Assembly (NCBI GenBank): GCA_964481275.1
Contig: CAYZTD010000002.1
Location: forward strand, 35,246-99,245
Source: an uncultured Thermoplasmatales archaeon
GTDB lineage: Archaea > Thermoplasmatota > E2 > DHVEG-1
Length of the DNA stretch: 64,000 nt
Direction: 5' to 3'
Both the position numbers and the translations under genes were made by a program. Below the pieces are notes generated by a model. The model saw only the letters and a program-made list of their open reading frames with translations. It was not told the DNA's origin and made no database searches. Numbering within the stretch: the stretch's first letter is position 1; the number at the start of each line of letters is the position of its first letter. Below are positions 11,654 to 22,159 of this stretch, in pieces.

Positions 11654-13733
11654 ATCTCAACAGGGCTTTCAAACCAAGGAAAGCTGATATAATACCTCAT
11701 AAACAAACTTGTAATTTTTTCCTTTTCTTTCTCATTTATTTGTATCACTTTGTCTCCAAATAAATTTAATAGACCACTTGGTCCCCATCTGGAACCCCAA
11801 TAATTTTTTGATGCTATAGGAATTGAGTTGTAAATAAGACCATATTCTTTATTTGAAAAAATATTATTATATTTAATAGTTGGATGAATTGTGCTATTTA
11901 GTTTAATCCCAATATTGTTATTTGTTATGTTATTGTAGAAAATATTGTTGTAATTAGATATTTGTAAAAAAATTCCTATGTTGCTATCTTTTACATTGTT
12001 TCTTTCAATATTATTCCAGTTTGATGCATATTCTGTTTTTAGACCAATATCTTCATCTAAAATATTGTTATAATGAATATCATTTTCAAAGGATCTTTTC
12101 AAATAAATACCATAATTAAGATTATTTGAAAAAGAGTTGTTTTCTATGTTGTTGCACTCTGTTTCAAAAAGACTCAAACCTATTGAATTTTTCTCAAAAG
12201 TGTTGTTATCAATTCTACATTTATAACTGTCGATTATGTAGTCAGGATAGCCTAGTCTTATCCCGGATTTTCCATCTGAGCTATTTATAATTTTTATTTT
12301 AGAAATTGTGACATATGATGCATTTATCTTGATTACATTATCTTTTTTACCGCCGTCAATAATTGTATTTTTATTTCCAATCAAATGTATTTGTGGAGTA
12401 TCAATAAGCAAATTTTCATAGTATATTCCGTTTTCAATAATAATTGTATCTCCGGGTTTGCAGATGTTAATTACGTCCTGTATTTTTGAGTTGTTTAAAA
12501 CGTAGAACGTGTTGTTTGATTTTTCATATACTTTTATTTTTTTTGTAAAAGAATCAGAGATATCTCCGCTAGTTATATTTAATGTAATATTATATGTTCC
12601 TGGTTCTGTAAATATATGATTTATATTTCTCTTTTCCTTAATCTTTGTATTTTCTACATACCAATTATAAGTTATATCTTTTTTATGTTCATATGATACG
12701 CTCCCGTCAAAGGCAATTCCTTCATTTATAAACGCTGTTCTTGGTGTGTAATCAAAAAAGGAAATTATATTTCTATTTAACTTATCATTGTTTAGCGGAT
12801 ATCTATCAATCCCCTTACTATTTCCTTCTACAATATATGGTTTAGAAAAGTTATGCCCATCCCAGTAATTTCCACCATATTTTTTACCGTTGTCCCAATA
12901 GTTTCTACAGTTATCAAAAGCATTAATATCATTTTTGTAAAATATGTTATTTGTAATATAGTTATTACTGGATGCAGAAATAATTTCAACGCCGATTTCA
13001 TTAAAAGATATGTTACAGTTAGTGATAGTTGTATAATGTATACAATGATCTATACATACTCCTTTAGAGTTTTCTGTGATGTTACATAAAGATATGACAT
13101 TATTTTTTGAACTTGGAAGACAACAAAAATAGATCCCATCTATACATTTTTTAAAATTACATTTTGTTATAGTGTTATTGTTTGAGAAATGTTTATACCC
13201 GCTTGGGCAGCCATTAACTGTTATCCCTCTTTTATTCTTTTGAAAATCACAGTTTTCTACTGTATTATTTGATGATGAAATAAGTGCTATGCCAAAGTCT
13301 GCAGAGATATCTTTAATTGTTGTGTTTTCTATTTTAATATTTTTTGAATTAGTTACATATATTCCTGCTAGTGCACCTTTTTGTAAGAACTTATTTCCAG
13401 TAATCACACAGTTTTTTATGGTTGCATAAGCATCTGTATTTGAAATTGATATTGCTGGTCTAAAAAAACTTTCAATTTCCAAATCCGAAATTATATAAGG
13501 ATCTTCCAATGTCCCAATTCCTTTTTTTACGCCGTTTTTAGCATTAAAATCATCATTTCCATTGATTTTTATCATATTATGTACTTTATGTAATTGTTTT
13601 TTTGAAATATTATTTTTATATATTCCTTCACTTTTTATATTTACATTCACAAGAACTATATTTGTTATTAGCAAGCAAAAAACAATTGTTGAAAAATATC
13701 TTTTTTTATTCATAACATTATAACCTTCCTTTC
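11650..13733 (-). CDS. secreted right-handed parallel beta-helix repeat protein with PKD domain
   Basis: Signal peptide at the internal start MNKKRYFSTIVFCLLITNIVLVNVN, with a GGAAGG Shine-Dalgarno 8 nt upstream. Many N/G/I-rich pectate-lyase-like beta-helix repeats (NosD/CASH-like). A PKD-like domain near aa 340-420. Confidence 0.6.
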
Positions 13734-14014
13734 TTTCTAAACAATTTTTTGCCTTCACTGTCTTTTGACTTTCCTTCAAAGTTTATGTAGTTAATAAAAA
13801 TCAAAATAAGTAAAATTAAAACGATTAATACTATCAATATGGAAGTTGTTTTCTTCTTATACATCTTTCCAGCTATAATTTATATTTATCTATATATAAT
13901 TTCCCTAAAAATAAAATTTATTTTTTTATTGCTCTATATATAAAATATGCAAGGCCACCATATATTACAATTGAACCAAATATTAACATAATAATTGCAG
14001 ATGTTGGTAGCACT

Positions 14015-15448
14015 TTAGCCCCCCTCCTTGTTTTTTATTTTAGTAAGAATAACTGAAAATAAAAATAAAAGTATTACAGGTATCAATCCAAATATAATTA
14101 ATATCTGCCAGGAATAATTCATATATGATTTAGAAATACTTTCAATTACTGACAATATTAGTATTAGCCCAAGTACAATTGGTATTACAAATTTTATTAA
14201 AACTTCCCACCACCTTCCAATTTTTATATCTGAAGTTTTATTAGCATGGTCTCTTAGTTTTCCAAGTGTGAAATACCATCCAAATATTATGCATTCTACA
14301 AGCCCTATTATTACAAGACCAAAGTTTGCTATAAAATGATCAAATATATCAAGAAGATGAAGTCCGTTTCCAGCGCTAAAAAGAAGACTTAAGAAAAAAC
14401 CTAAAGTGCATATTATTCCAACCGCTTTTGTTTTTGTTATCCTCCATTTGTTGTTAATGCTTTCTGATACCGGCTCTATCATACTGAAAGCTGAATCTAT
14501 GCCAAAAGTAAGTAAGGCTATGAAAAATATTACACCAAAAAAGGCTGCTGCAAAAGGAAGAAGTGATATTGCTGTTGGATATGTTACAAAAGTAAGATTA
14601 GGTCCTGCGATCTGTTCACCTAATGCATGTATCCCAATTCCTTTTTGTGCTGCTAAATATCCTACAACACTAAATACTGTAAAACCTGCAAGAAAACTAG
14701 TTCCTGCGTCTGCAAGAGATATAATGAATGCGTTATTATTTATGTCTGATTTCTTTTTTAGAAAACTTGCATAAGTAATCATTATCCCCTGTGCAACCCC
14801 AATTGAAAAAAAGATTTGAGCATATGCTGCAAGCCATACATTTACATTAAGTAAACTTGAAAAATTTGGAGTAAGGTAATATGACAATCCTTCCATTGCT
14901 CCAGGAAGGGTTATTCCTCTAATTGTTAATATTATTAAAAGAATTGTTGGAATTGGTACTGTTAAGGCTACTACTTTTCCTATTCTTTTTACACCTTTGT
15001 ATAAGATTATAAATACTGTTATCCACAGTGCAATTAGTCCTATAAGAACTGGTATACTAATAGATCCAAATATTGCAGGATTTCCTGTGTCTCCAAGAAA
15101 ACTTCTGAAAAAGATATCGGCCTTACTACCCCATCTTAGATCTACTGCATAAACCATATAAGAAAAGCACCATGACATAATTACTATGTAGTAGATTGCT
15201 ACAAAAAAAGGCATTAAGACACTTAGCCAGCCTGCCCATTCCCATTTTTTTGAAACTTTCTTAAATGCAGTCGGTGGCGCTCCACGAGCCCAATGCCCTA
15301 TGCTAAATTCTAGAATCATTAAAGGTATTCCAGCAGTAAATAATGCAACTAAATATGGTATTAAAAATGCTCCTCCTCCGTTTTCGTAGCATACATAAGG
15401 AAAACGCCATACGTTTCCAAGTCCTACAGCAGATCCTACTGCTGCCAT
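14015..15448 (-). CDS. sodium-dependent transporter, NSS/SNF family
   Basis: 477 aa, about 12 TM. N-terminal hallmark GSAVGLGNVWRFPY of neurotransmitter:sodium symporters. Confidence 0.85.
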   Translation of the reverse strand: MAAVGSAVGLGNVWRFPYVCYENGGGAFLIPYLVALFTAGIPLMILEFSIGHWARGAPPTAFKKVSKKWEWAGWLSVLMPFFVAIYYIVIMSWCFSYMVYAVDLRWGSKADIFFRSFLGDTGNPAIFGSISIPVLIGLIALWITVFIILYKGVKRIGKVVALTVPIPTILLIILTIRGITLPGAMEGLSYYLTPNFSSLLNVNVWLAAYAQIFFSIGVAQGIMITYASFLKKKSDINNNAFIISLADAGTSFLAGFTVFSVVGYLAAQKGIGIHALGEQIAGPNLTFVTYPTAISLLPFAAAFFGVIFFIALLTFGIDSAFSMIEPVSESINNKWRITKTKAVGIICTLGFFLSLLFSAGNGLHLLDIFDHFIANFGLVIIGLVECIIFGWYFTLGKLRDHANKTSDIKIGRWWEVLIKFVIPIVLGLILILSVIESISKSYMNYSWQILIIFGLIPVILLFLFSVILTKIKNKEGG

Positions 15449-15659
15449 AATAAAGATAAATCTTGAGTTCCACAGTTCTTTTTTAGGTATTTGTATCCCT
15501 CTGTTAAAATAATTATAATAAATGTTTATAAATATGTTTCTATATATATCTTAAATATATATAAAGTAACAGAAACCATGCGTTTTGTTATTATAATAAC
15601 AAAATCTTTAAAGATAGGAATAATAAAGTTATTTAAAAGAAAAATTGAGGAAATTACAA

Positions 15660-16310
15660 ATGGTTACTATAAGTAGTGTTGTAAAAGATCAGCTAAAAAA
15701 TCAGCCTGTAATACAAGAAGCATTAAACCATGAAATATTATCATATACTAAACTAGCAAAAAAACTTAAACCAAAGATAGAAAAACAATTAGGAAAAAAA
15801 GTAAACAAAGCTGCTATTGTTATGGCTCTTAGAAGACATGCAGATAAAAATAAAAAATCAGTAAAATACCAATCATTTAGTTATTCTCATGAGACAATAA
15901 AAACAGATATATCATATATTATTCTTGAACAATCACCAACAATTTTATCAAAATTAGAAAAAATATACAAAATAATAGACTTCAAAAATGGTGGAATTTT
16001 AAATATTGCACAAGGAAGTTGTGAAATTGGAATAACCACAAAGGATAGACACAAAGAAAAACTATTAGATTTATTGTATGAAGAAAAAATACTAGAAACA
16101 TTAGAAGAGTTAGTATCAATCTCTCTTGTTCATTCAAAAAATTTTTTGTTTCAAAAAGGAGTATTATATGAGATATCAAGATTTCTTTCTTGGGAAAATA
16201 TAAACTTAATAGACATAATTCTTACAAAAACAGAAATAAATCTAATTATTGACAAAAAGGATTTAACTAAATGCCTTAATTCTATTGAGATATTTGCAGA
16301 AAAACATTAA
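15660..16310 (+). CDS. hypothetical protein
   Basis: ATG at 15660 with a GAGG Shine-Dalgarno 8 nt upstream. No recognisable motif, possibly an N-terminal HTH-like segment. The 15645 start in the ORF track is less likely. Confidence 0.35.
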   Translation: MVTISSVVKDQLKNQPVIQEALNHEILSYTKLAKKLKPKIEKQLGKKVNKAAIVMALRRHADKNKKSVKYQSFSYSHETIKTDISYIILEQSPTILSKLEKIYKIIDFKNGGILNIAQGSCEIGITTKDRHKEKLLDLLYEEKILETLEELVSISLVHSKNFLFQKGVLYEISRFLSWENINLIDIILTKTEINLIIDKKDLTKCLNSIEIFAEKH

Positions 16311-16378
16311 AAAAAATCAAATTCATAAAATCTTTTTTAAGGAAATATTAATGTAACCTGTTTTTAATTTCAAAATCT

Positions 16379-17278
16379 GTGAAATACGATTTAATTATTG
16401 TAAGATATGGTGAAATTGCTTTAAAAAGTAGATATGTTAGAAAAAAATTTGAAAATATTTTAGTAAAAAACATAAAAAATGTATTAAAAGAAGAAAAAAT
16501 AGAAAATAAAATAAAAAAAGAAAGGGGAAGAATCTATATCTATACAGATAAAATAGATTCTACTAAACTTGTTTTAAAAAAAATTTTTGGAATAGTAAAT
16601 TTTAGCCCCGCATTAAAAACAAATAGTAAAATAAGCTCGATTTCAAAAACTTCAATTGATTTTTTAAAAAAACATTTGAAAAAAAATATGAGTTTTGCAG
16701 TAAGAGTTAGTAGAACAGGAAATCATAGTTATACAAGCCAAGATATAGAAAAAAAAATTGGTAGTGACATTGTAGAAAAATATGGAAATAAAGTTGATCT
16801 TACAAATCCTGATTTTAAATTATTTATCGAGATAAGAGAAAATATTTCTTATGTTTTCAATGAGAAAATTTCTGGTCCTGGTGGTATGCCTATTTCATCT
16901 CAAAATAATGTGTTATGTATAATTGATAATAAATTTTCAATTCTTGCAAGTTTTTATCTTTTACGCAGAGGATGTAATGTTTTATTTTTTGTAAAAAAAG
17001 ATTTTGATAAAAAAACTTTAAAAAACTTTCTTAAAAAATGGTATATAAAATCAGATATAATTATTTTTGATGAAAAAGAAGAATTTCACAATCAAATAAA
17101 CAATATTTTATCAAAAAAGAAATGTAAGGCAATTGTTACTGGTTTTTATAATTTAAATAAAAAAAACATTTCAAAAATTAAAGAATATAAAAAAAGAAGC
17201 AACCTTCCAGTATTTTCTCCTCTCATATCTATGAATAAAGAAGAATTAAAAGAAAAAATTAAAGAAGTTGGTTTATAA
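16379..17278 (+). CDS. ThiI-like THUMP-domain protein with degenerate PP-loop
   Basis: N-terminal THUMP-type fold, then a segment aligning to the ThiI PP-loop region (GGMPISSQNNVLCIIDNKFSILASFYLLRRGCNV vs ThiI [31 protein letters not shown]). The SGGxDS motif is replaced by IDNKFS. Truncated relative to full ThiI. GTG start. Confidence 0.55.
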   Translation: MKYDLIIVRYGEIALKSRYVRKKFENILVKNIKNVLKEEKIENKIKKERGRIYIYTDKIDSTKLVLKKIFGIVNFSPALKTNSKISSISKTSIDFLKKHLKKNMSFAVRVSRTGNHSYTSQDIEKKIGSDIVEKYGNKVDLTNPDFKLFIEIRENISYVFNEKISGPGGMPISSQNNVLCIIDNKFSILASFYLLRRGCNVLFFVKKDFDKKTLKNFLKKWYIKSDIIIFDEKEEFHNQINNILSKKKCKAIVTGFYNLNKKNISKIKEYKKRSNLPVFSPLISMNKEELKEKIKEVGL

Positions 17279-17280
17279 AG

Positions 17281-18177
17281 ATGAATATACTTGTTATGGG
17301 TGCAGGATCAATCGGCTCTTTTTTTGGAGGAGTTTTATCAAAGAAAAATAATGTTGTTTTGGTTGGAAGAAAATCCCATGTTGAAGAGATAAACAAGAAT
17401 GGTTTAAAAATCAAAGGAAAAACAAATTTACACACAACTCCTTTAGCTTTTGAAGCATTAGATAAAATATCAGAAGATTTTGATTTAATTCTTTTAACTG
17501 TTAAATCCTATGATACTGAAAAAGCAGTAAAACAAATTAAAAAAATAATTACTAAAGATACACTTATTTTGTCTTTACAAAACGGTCTTGATAATGTCAA
17601 AAAAATAACAAAATATATTGATAAAAAAAATGTTTTAACAGGTGTTACTTCAAATGGTGTAATTTTTGAAAAACCAGGGCTTATCTTTCATACTGGTATA
17701 GGATATACTACTATTGGAGAAATTAACAATAAAACAGATAGAGCAAAAATAATTACTAAAATTTTTAATGAATCTGGTATTAAAACATCTCTTAATTCAA
17801 ACATTTTAGAAGAAATTTGGGCAAAAGCAATTGTAAATTCTAGTATAAATCCTCTTACTACATTTTTTAATTGTAAAAATGGTTATCTTTTGGAAAACCC
17901 AGTTCTTAAAAATCTTGTAAAAAAAATATGTAAAGAATCAACAAATATCGCGCGATCTAACAATTTTTGTTTGGATTTTGATGAAATGTATGAAAAAACA
18001 AAATCTGTTATTATTGATACCAAAAATAATCATTCTTCGATGCTTCAGAGTTTTCTAAATAATAAACCCTTAGAAATCGATTCTATAAATGGGGTTTTAG
18101 TTGAGGTGGGTAAAAAAAATAAAGTTGATACTATTTTAAATGAAATTCTTGTTTTTTCTGTTAGATCGATTATCTAA
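17281..18177 (+). CDS. panE: 2-dehydropantoate 2-reductase (ketopantoate reductase)
   Basis: N-terminal NAD(P)-binding motif MNILVMGAGSIGSFFGG. ApbA/PanE-family C-terminal domain. 298 aa. Confidence 0.75.
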   Translation: MNILVMGAGSIGSFFGGVLSKKNNVVLVGRKSHVEEINKNGLKIKGKTNLHTTPLAFEALDKISEDFDLILLTVKSYDTEKAVKQIKKIITKDTLILSLQNGLDNVKKITKYIDKKNVLTGVTSNGVIFEKPGLIFHTGIGYTTIGEINNKTDRAKIITKIFNESGIKTSLNSNILEEIWAKAIVNSSINPLTTFFNCKNGYLLENPVLKNLVKKICKESTNIARSNNFCLDFDEMYEKTKSVIIDTKNNHSSMLQSFLNNKPLEIDSINGVLVEVGKKNKVDTILNEILVFSVRSII

Positions 18178-18248
18178 TTTCCTTTTTTTTAAATACTGAA
18201 TTCTATATTTTAATAGAAATATTTATATAATAAAAAGAATAAAAATAT

Positions 18249-18992
18249 ATGTGGCAAGAAGACGCGTTAATTCAATATGGGGAAATATTAAAAATGAAAA
18301 ATGAAAATATTTTAAAAAATGACTTACGAAAAATGATATACAATTTCATTTTGGAAAACCCAGGTTTACATTTTGGAAAAATCTCTAGAGAACTAAACAT
18401 CCCAAAAACTACTTTATATCATCATCTAAATATTCTTGAAAAACAAGGAACCATAAAAAAATATGTTGAGGGTAGATATCATAGATATTATGCTTCACAA
18501 GAGATAAGTAGCATCGATAAAAAAATTATTAATATTTTTAGACAAAAAACTTCTCGTAATATAGTTCTTTATCTCTTAATAAATGTTGGTGCTACACAAA
18601 CAGAGCTCAGTGAAAATCTAGAAAAACACCCTACAACAATCGAATTTTATTTAAAAAAATTATTAGAAATGGACATTATCAAAAAACTCCCTACAGAAAA
18701 CAAAAAAGTAATAATACCTAGAGTAAAACAACCAAAATTTATAGAATATATTCCTACTAGTAATGATGTTATTTATAAGATAAAAGATCCTAATGAGGTA
18801 TACAACTCAATTATTGACCATCGATATAGTTTTAATGATGATGGTTTGGATGCTGTATTAACCTTATTACAAAATGCTATAGAAGATAACTATAATGAAA
18901 AGGTCCCTAAAAAAACTAAGAAGCCTACTTCTGAAGTAGATCCTGTATTAGAATTATTCTTCAAAATATTTCCTCTTCCTTGGTGTGCTTAG
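18249..18992 (+). CDS. transcription regulator with tandem winged-helix domains
   Basis: Two ArsR/MarR-like wHTH segments (IYNFILENPGLHFGKISRELNIPKTTLYHHLNILEKQG; IVLYLLINVGATQTELSENLEKHPTTIEFYLKKLLE). Confidence 0.5.
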   Translation: MWQEDALIQYGEILKMKNENILKNDLRKMIYNFILENPGLHFGKISRELNIPKTTLYHHLNILEKQGTIKKYVEGRYHRYYASQEISSIDKKIINIFRQKTSRNIVLYLLINVGATQTELSENLEKHPTTIEFYLKKLLEMDIIKKLPTENKKVIIPRVKQPKFIEYIPTSNDVIYKIKDPNEVYNSIIDHRYSFNDDGLDAVLTLLQNAIEDNYNEKVPKKTKKPTSEVDPVLELFFKIFPLPWCA

Positions 18993-19208
18993 CACTGATA
19001 AATAAAATCTAAGAAATAGGATAAACGTTCTAAATATTATATAAAAAATAGAATAAAAATATTGGGAGTAAAATAATATGAATATTAACAAAAAAATACT
19101 TTTCTTTAGGATAACGCCCAGTTATTATACAAAAACTTTATATGTTTTAACCACTTATAACATGTATTATATATTAAAACCATATAAAAATGGTAAAGGG
19201 GAAGGCAA

Positions 19209-21131
19209 ATGAATAAAAATAGCAAAAAAATAGTTTCTATAGCCATTGTTTTGATACTTATTTTAGCAGGTATACTAATTTATGTAGAATATGCTGAAAA
19301 ATCACAAACCATCTCAGAAAAATCAGAGGATATTTTTGTCGTGGATGATAGAATAAATCCTTATATATATCAGGGTTTGACAGTAGAAATCTTAAGAATA
19401 CGTAATCGTGGTATTGTAGATGCAATGACAACGCCTGGGATAAGAGTACCAAAACCACCTGAATTTTATTATATTGTTGAGGTGGATGGTGAAGTGGGTG
19501 ATGCAAGTGAGCTTGAAGCTGCAGGTGGAGTTACTGGTTCAGGAACGTTTAGCGAATGGGATACCTTTCTAAAAGAATGCAGAACTAACTTCAAAGTACC
19601 TAATGATAAAGAAGGACAACAAAAATCAAATGTAAAGATTACTATCATGGAGATTGAAAAATCCGGTCTTTTTGGTAGAAAAGAAAAGCATGTGGAAAAA
19701 ATGTCGGTAGATTTGGTTTTTGATTATAGAACAAATAGTTGGACTGGAGATGATTACTTAAGAGATGATGATGGTTATGGTCGCGTGCTTGGAGAAGAAT
19801 ACGAACTTCGGTTTAATATTTATGCATCAGATTACGATCATGATTATGTTCCATATTGGACTGAGGTAAATGTTCTCGGAACAGATCCTACTTTTGCTGA
19901 TGGTTTTAACGATCCTGATGGAGACGGTATTCCTACATGGTGGGAGTTAAAATATGGATATGATCCTTTAACTTGGAACAATCATGAGTTGTTAGATCCT
20001 GATCTTGATGGTATTTCAAATTTAGATGAATACAAACTTTATAGGTACGGTGCAGATCCATTTAATCCTGATGTGTTTGTCGAAGTGGATTTCATGGAGA
20101 AAAACCCAAATAAATTATTTGATTTCGAACATATTGTTCATGAAGAATCCCAGCAAATGATAATTGAAAGATTGTCGCAGTATGGTATAAGTGCCTATTT
20201 TGATGACGGCTGGCCAGATGGCCCCGTAAATGGCGGAGGAGAATATCTGGAGTTTGTTGAAGTAATTGATGAGATTGTTGGTGGCCATATGGCACGTTGG
20301 TATAAACATAATTTTCCAGATGAAAGAAAAGGCGTTTTTAGATATTTTGTAATGGCGTATAACGCAGGTTTGAATACCGCGTCAGAATACAACAGATATG
20401 ATCATGTCATAATGGATAATAGTCCACAAAAAACACTTTTTAAAAGATTTGCTTGGACACCAAAACGGCAGAGATTTGTTGTAGCTCAAGGAATTCTTCA
20501 CGAGCTCGGGCACAGCATGGGCATCGTTCCTTTATTACACTATGGTGTAGATAATATGCCTGTGGGCAATGTACAGTGGCCCGAATCAATTACTGATGAG
20601 GAATGGGAAAAAATTAATGTTCAATATAAGAGCGTTATGAATTATAATTATATGTTCCAATCGTTTTCACCTGCGAAAAGATATTTCTTTGATTATTCTG
20701 ATGGAACTAACGGAGAATATGATTTTGATGATATAGCAAACTTATATCTTGTGACGTTTACAATGGATGCTGCAATCCTTGAATCACCTAAGATAAGATA
20801 TGGAACATTTGAAGAGTTTGAATGGAACGATAAAAATCCTGATCCAGTTCATTCTGGCTGGGAATTAGATGAAAACTTGACAGAAAAATATAGATCGATG
20901 CTATGTAGTTTAAGGTTTGACATAGACAATGCAGCTGAATACGATTATAGAATATATGTAAAAACAGATATAACTCAAAAAGGCAGAGACATTCGTATTT
21001 ATACAAAACCTGTTATAGAACCACCTGCTATTTGGTCACTTATTGCTGAGGCGGATATAAACAGAGAGGATAACACACTTGAGTTCTACTGCTTTGACAC
21101 AATATATCAGGAAATATTAGATATGATATAA
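19209..21131 (+). CDS. secreted putative zinc metallopeptidase with Asp-rich Ca-binding repeats
   Basis: N-terminal signal/TM (IVSIAIVLILILAGILIYV). HEXXH motif (ILHELGHSMG). Thrombospondin-type-3-like DxDxDG repeats (DPDGDGIP; DPDLDGISNLDEY). Local GC visibly higher than the neighbouring genes. Confidence 0.5.
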   Translation: MNKNSKKIVSIAIVLILILAGILIYVEYAEKSQTISEKSEDIFVVDDRINPYIYQGLTVEILRIRNRGIVDAMTTPGIRVPKPPEFYYIVEVDGEVGDASELEAAGGVTGSGTFSEWDTFLKECRTNFKVPNDKEGQQKSNVKITIMEIEKSGLFGRKEKHVEKMSVDLVFDYRTNSWTGDDYLRDDDGYGRVLGEEYELRFNIYASDYDHDYVPYWTEVNVLGTDPTFADGFNDPDGDGIPTWWELKYGYDPLTWNNHELLDPDLDGISNLDEYKLYRYGADPFNPDVFVEVDFMEKNPNKLFDFEHIVHEESQQMIIERLSQYGISAYFDDGWPDGPVNGGGEYLEFVEVIDEIVGGHMARWYKHNFPDERKGVFRYFVMAYNAGLNTASEYNRYDHVIMDNSPQKTLFKRFAWTPKRQRFVVAQGILHELGHSMGIVPLLHYGVDNMPVGNVQWPESITDEEWEKINVQYKSVMNYNYMFQSFSPAKRYFFDYSDGTNGEYDFDDIANLYLVTFTMDAAILESPKIRYGTFEEFEWNDKNPDPVHSGWELDENLTEKYRSMLCSLRFDIDNAAEYDYRIYVKTDITQKGRDIRIYTKPVIEPPAIWSLIAEADINREDNTLEFYCFDTIYQEILDMI

Positions 21132-21159
21132 AAAACTAAAATCATATTTTTTTATTTTT

Positions 21160-22056
21160 TTAGATACATTTTTTACCAGGTATTTTTGGAAAAAGTGATG
21201 CTTCTTCAATTTTTTCAAGACCGCATATAAATCTAGTAAGTCTTTCAATTCCAATTCCAAAACCAGCTGATTTTGGGAGATCTTTTTTTACAATTTCTAA
21301 ATATTCTTTAAAATCAGAGTATTTTTTTCCTTTTATTTTCATACGTTTTTTAATTCTATCGATTTTGTATTCTCTTTCTCCACCAGAAAGAGCTTCGCCA
21401 TACCCTTCTGGATATATTAAATCCATGTCAACTAAATAACCTGGTCTTCTTTTGTATTCTTTATCATAAAATTCTCTATGCATTATAGGCATATCTACAA
21501 CCCAAACCGGATTCTTGTATTTTTTAGAAATTTTAGTTTCAAAATCTTTTCCGTATTTTTCATATGCTTCTTTGTAAGAGATTTGTTTAAAAGGTTTTTC
21601 AGGATTTTTCAGCTCTCTTTTTAAAGTTTCAAGCTCTTCTTTACAATCTTTTTTTATTGATTTTATTACATTGATAATTATTTCTTCTGCTAATCTTATT
21701 ATTTCCTCTCTTTTTGCGTTTTTTACTTCTAGATCAAGTTGAGTAAATTCAAAAAGATGCCTTCCTGTTTTTGAACTATCTTTTGGTTCAAGTCTTACAT
21801 TTGGTGAAAAAACATAAATTTTATCAAGTGTTTTTAGAGCAATTTGCTTGTGAAATATCATACTTTGTGTGAGATGATATTTTTTTCCATAGCATTCTAT
21901 GTTTCCTGGTGTTGTAGGATGGTTTAATGGATCTGTTATTGGGGATAGTATTACTGGAGATATCTCTATAAAATCTTTCGATTCCAGATAATCTGCAATT
22001 ATTCTTCTTATCTTACTTTGGATTTTTAGTATAGCTAATTTTTTTACTTTCATCAA
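21160..22056 (-). CDS. asnA: archaeal AsnA-type asparagine synthetase (class-II aaRS-like catalytic core, AsnRS paralogue)
   Basis: 298 aa, no anticodon-binding domain. Class-II aaRS motifs (motif 2-like FEFTQLDLEV; motif 3 GFGIGIERL). Confidence 0.65.
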   Translation of the reverse strand: MMKVKKLAILKIQSKIRRIIADYLESKDFIEISPVILSPITDPLNHPTTPGNIECYGKKYHLTQSMIFHKQIALKTLDKIYVFSPNVRLEPKDSSKTGRHLFEFTQLDLEVKNAKREEIIRLAEEIIINVIKSIKKDCKEELETLKRELKNPEKPFKQISYKEAYEKYGKDFETKISKKYKNPVWVVDMPIMHREFYDKEYKRRPGYLVDMDLIYPEGYGEALSGGEREYKIDRIKKRMKIKGKKYSDFKEYLEIVKKDLPKSAGFGIGIERLTRFICGLEKIEEASLFPKIPGKKCI

Positions 22057-22159
22057 TATGATATTTGTTCTCCAATGTATATAAACATAATGCTACTTTT
22101 ATTGTCAAATATTCGAAAAAAAATAGTTTTTATATAATAAAACCGACATATAGTTAAAT

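Noticed and set aside
13721-13864. 47-codon hydrophobic ORF (MYKKKTTSILIVLIVLILLILIFINYINF...) upstream of the beta-helix gene
   Set aside because: It overlaps the likely promoter and 5'UTR of the beta-helix gene and is extremely low complexity. It could be a leader peptide, but there is no supporting evidence.
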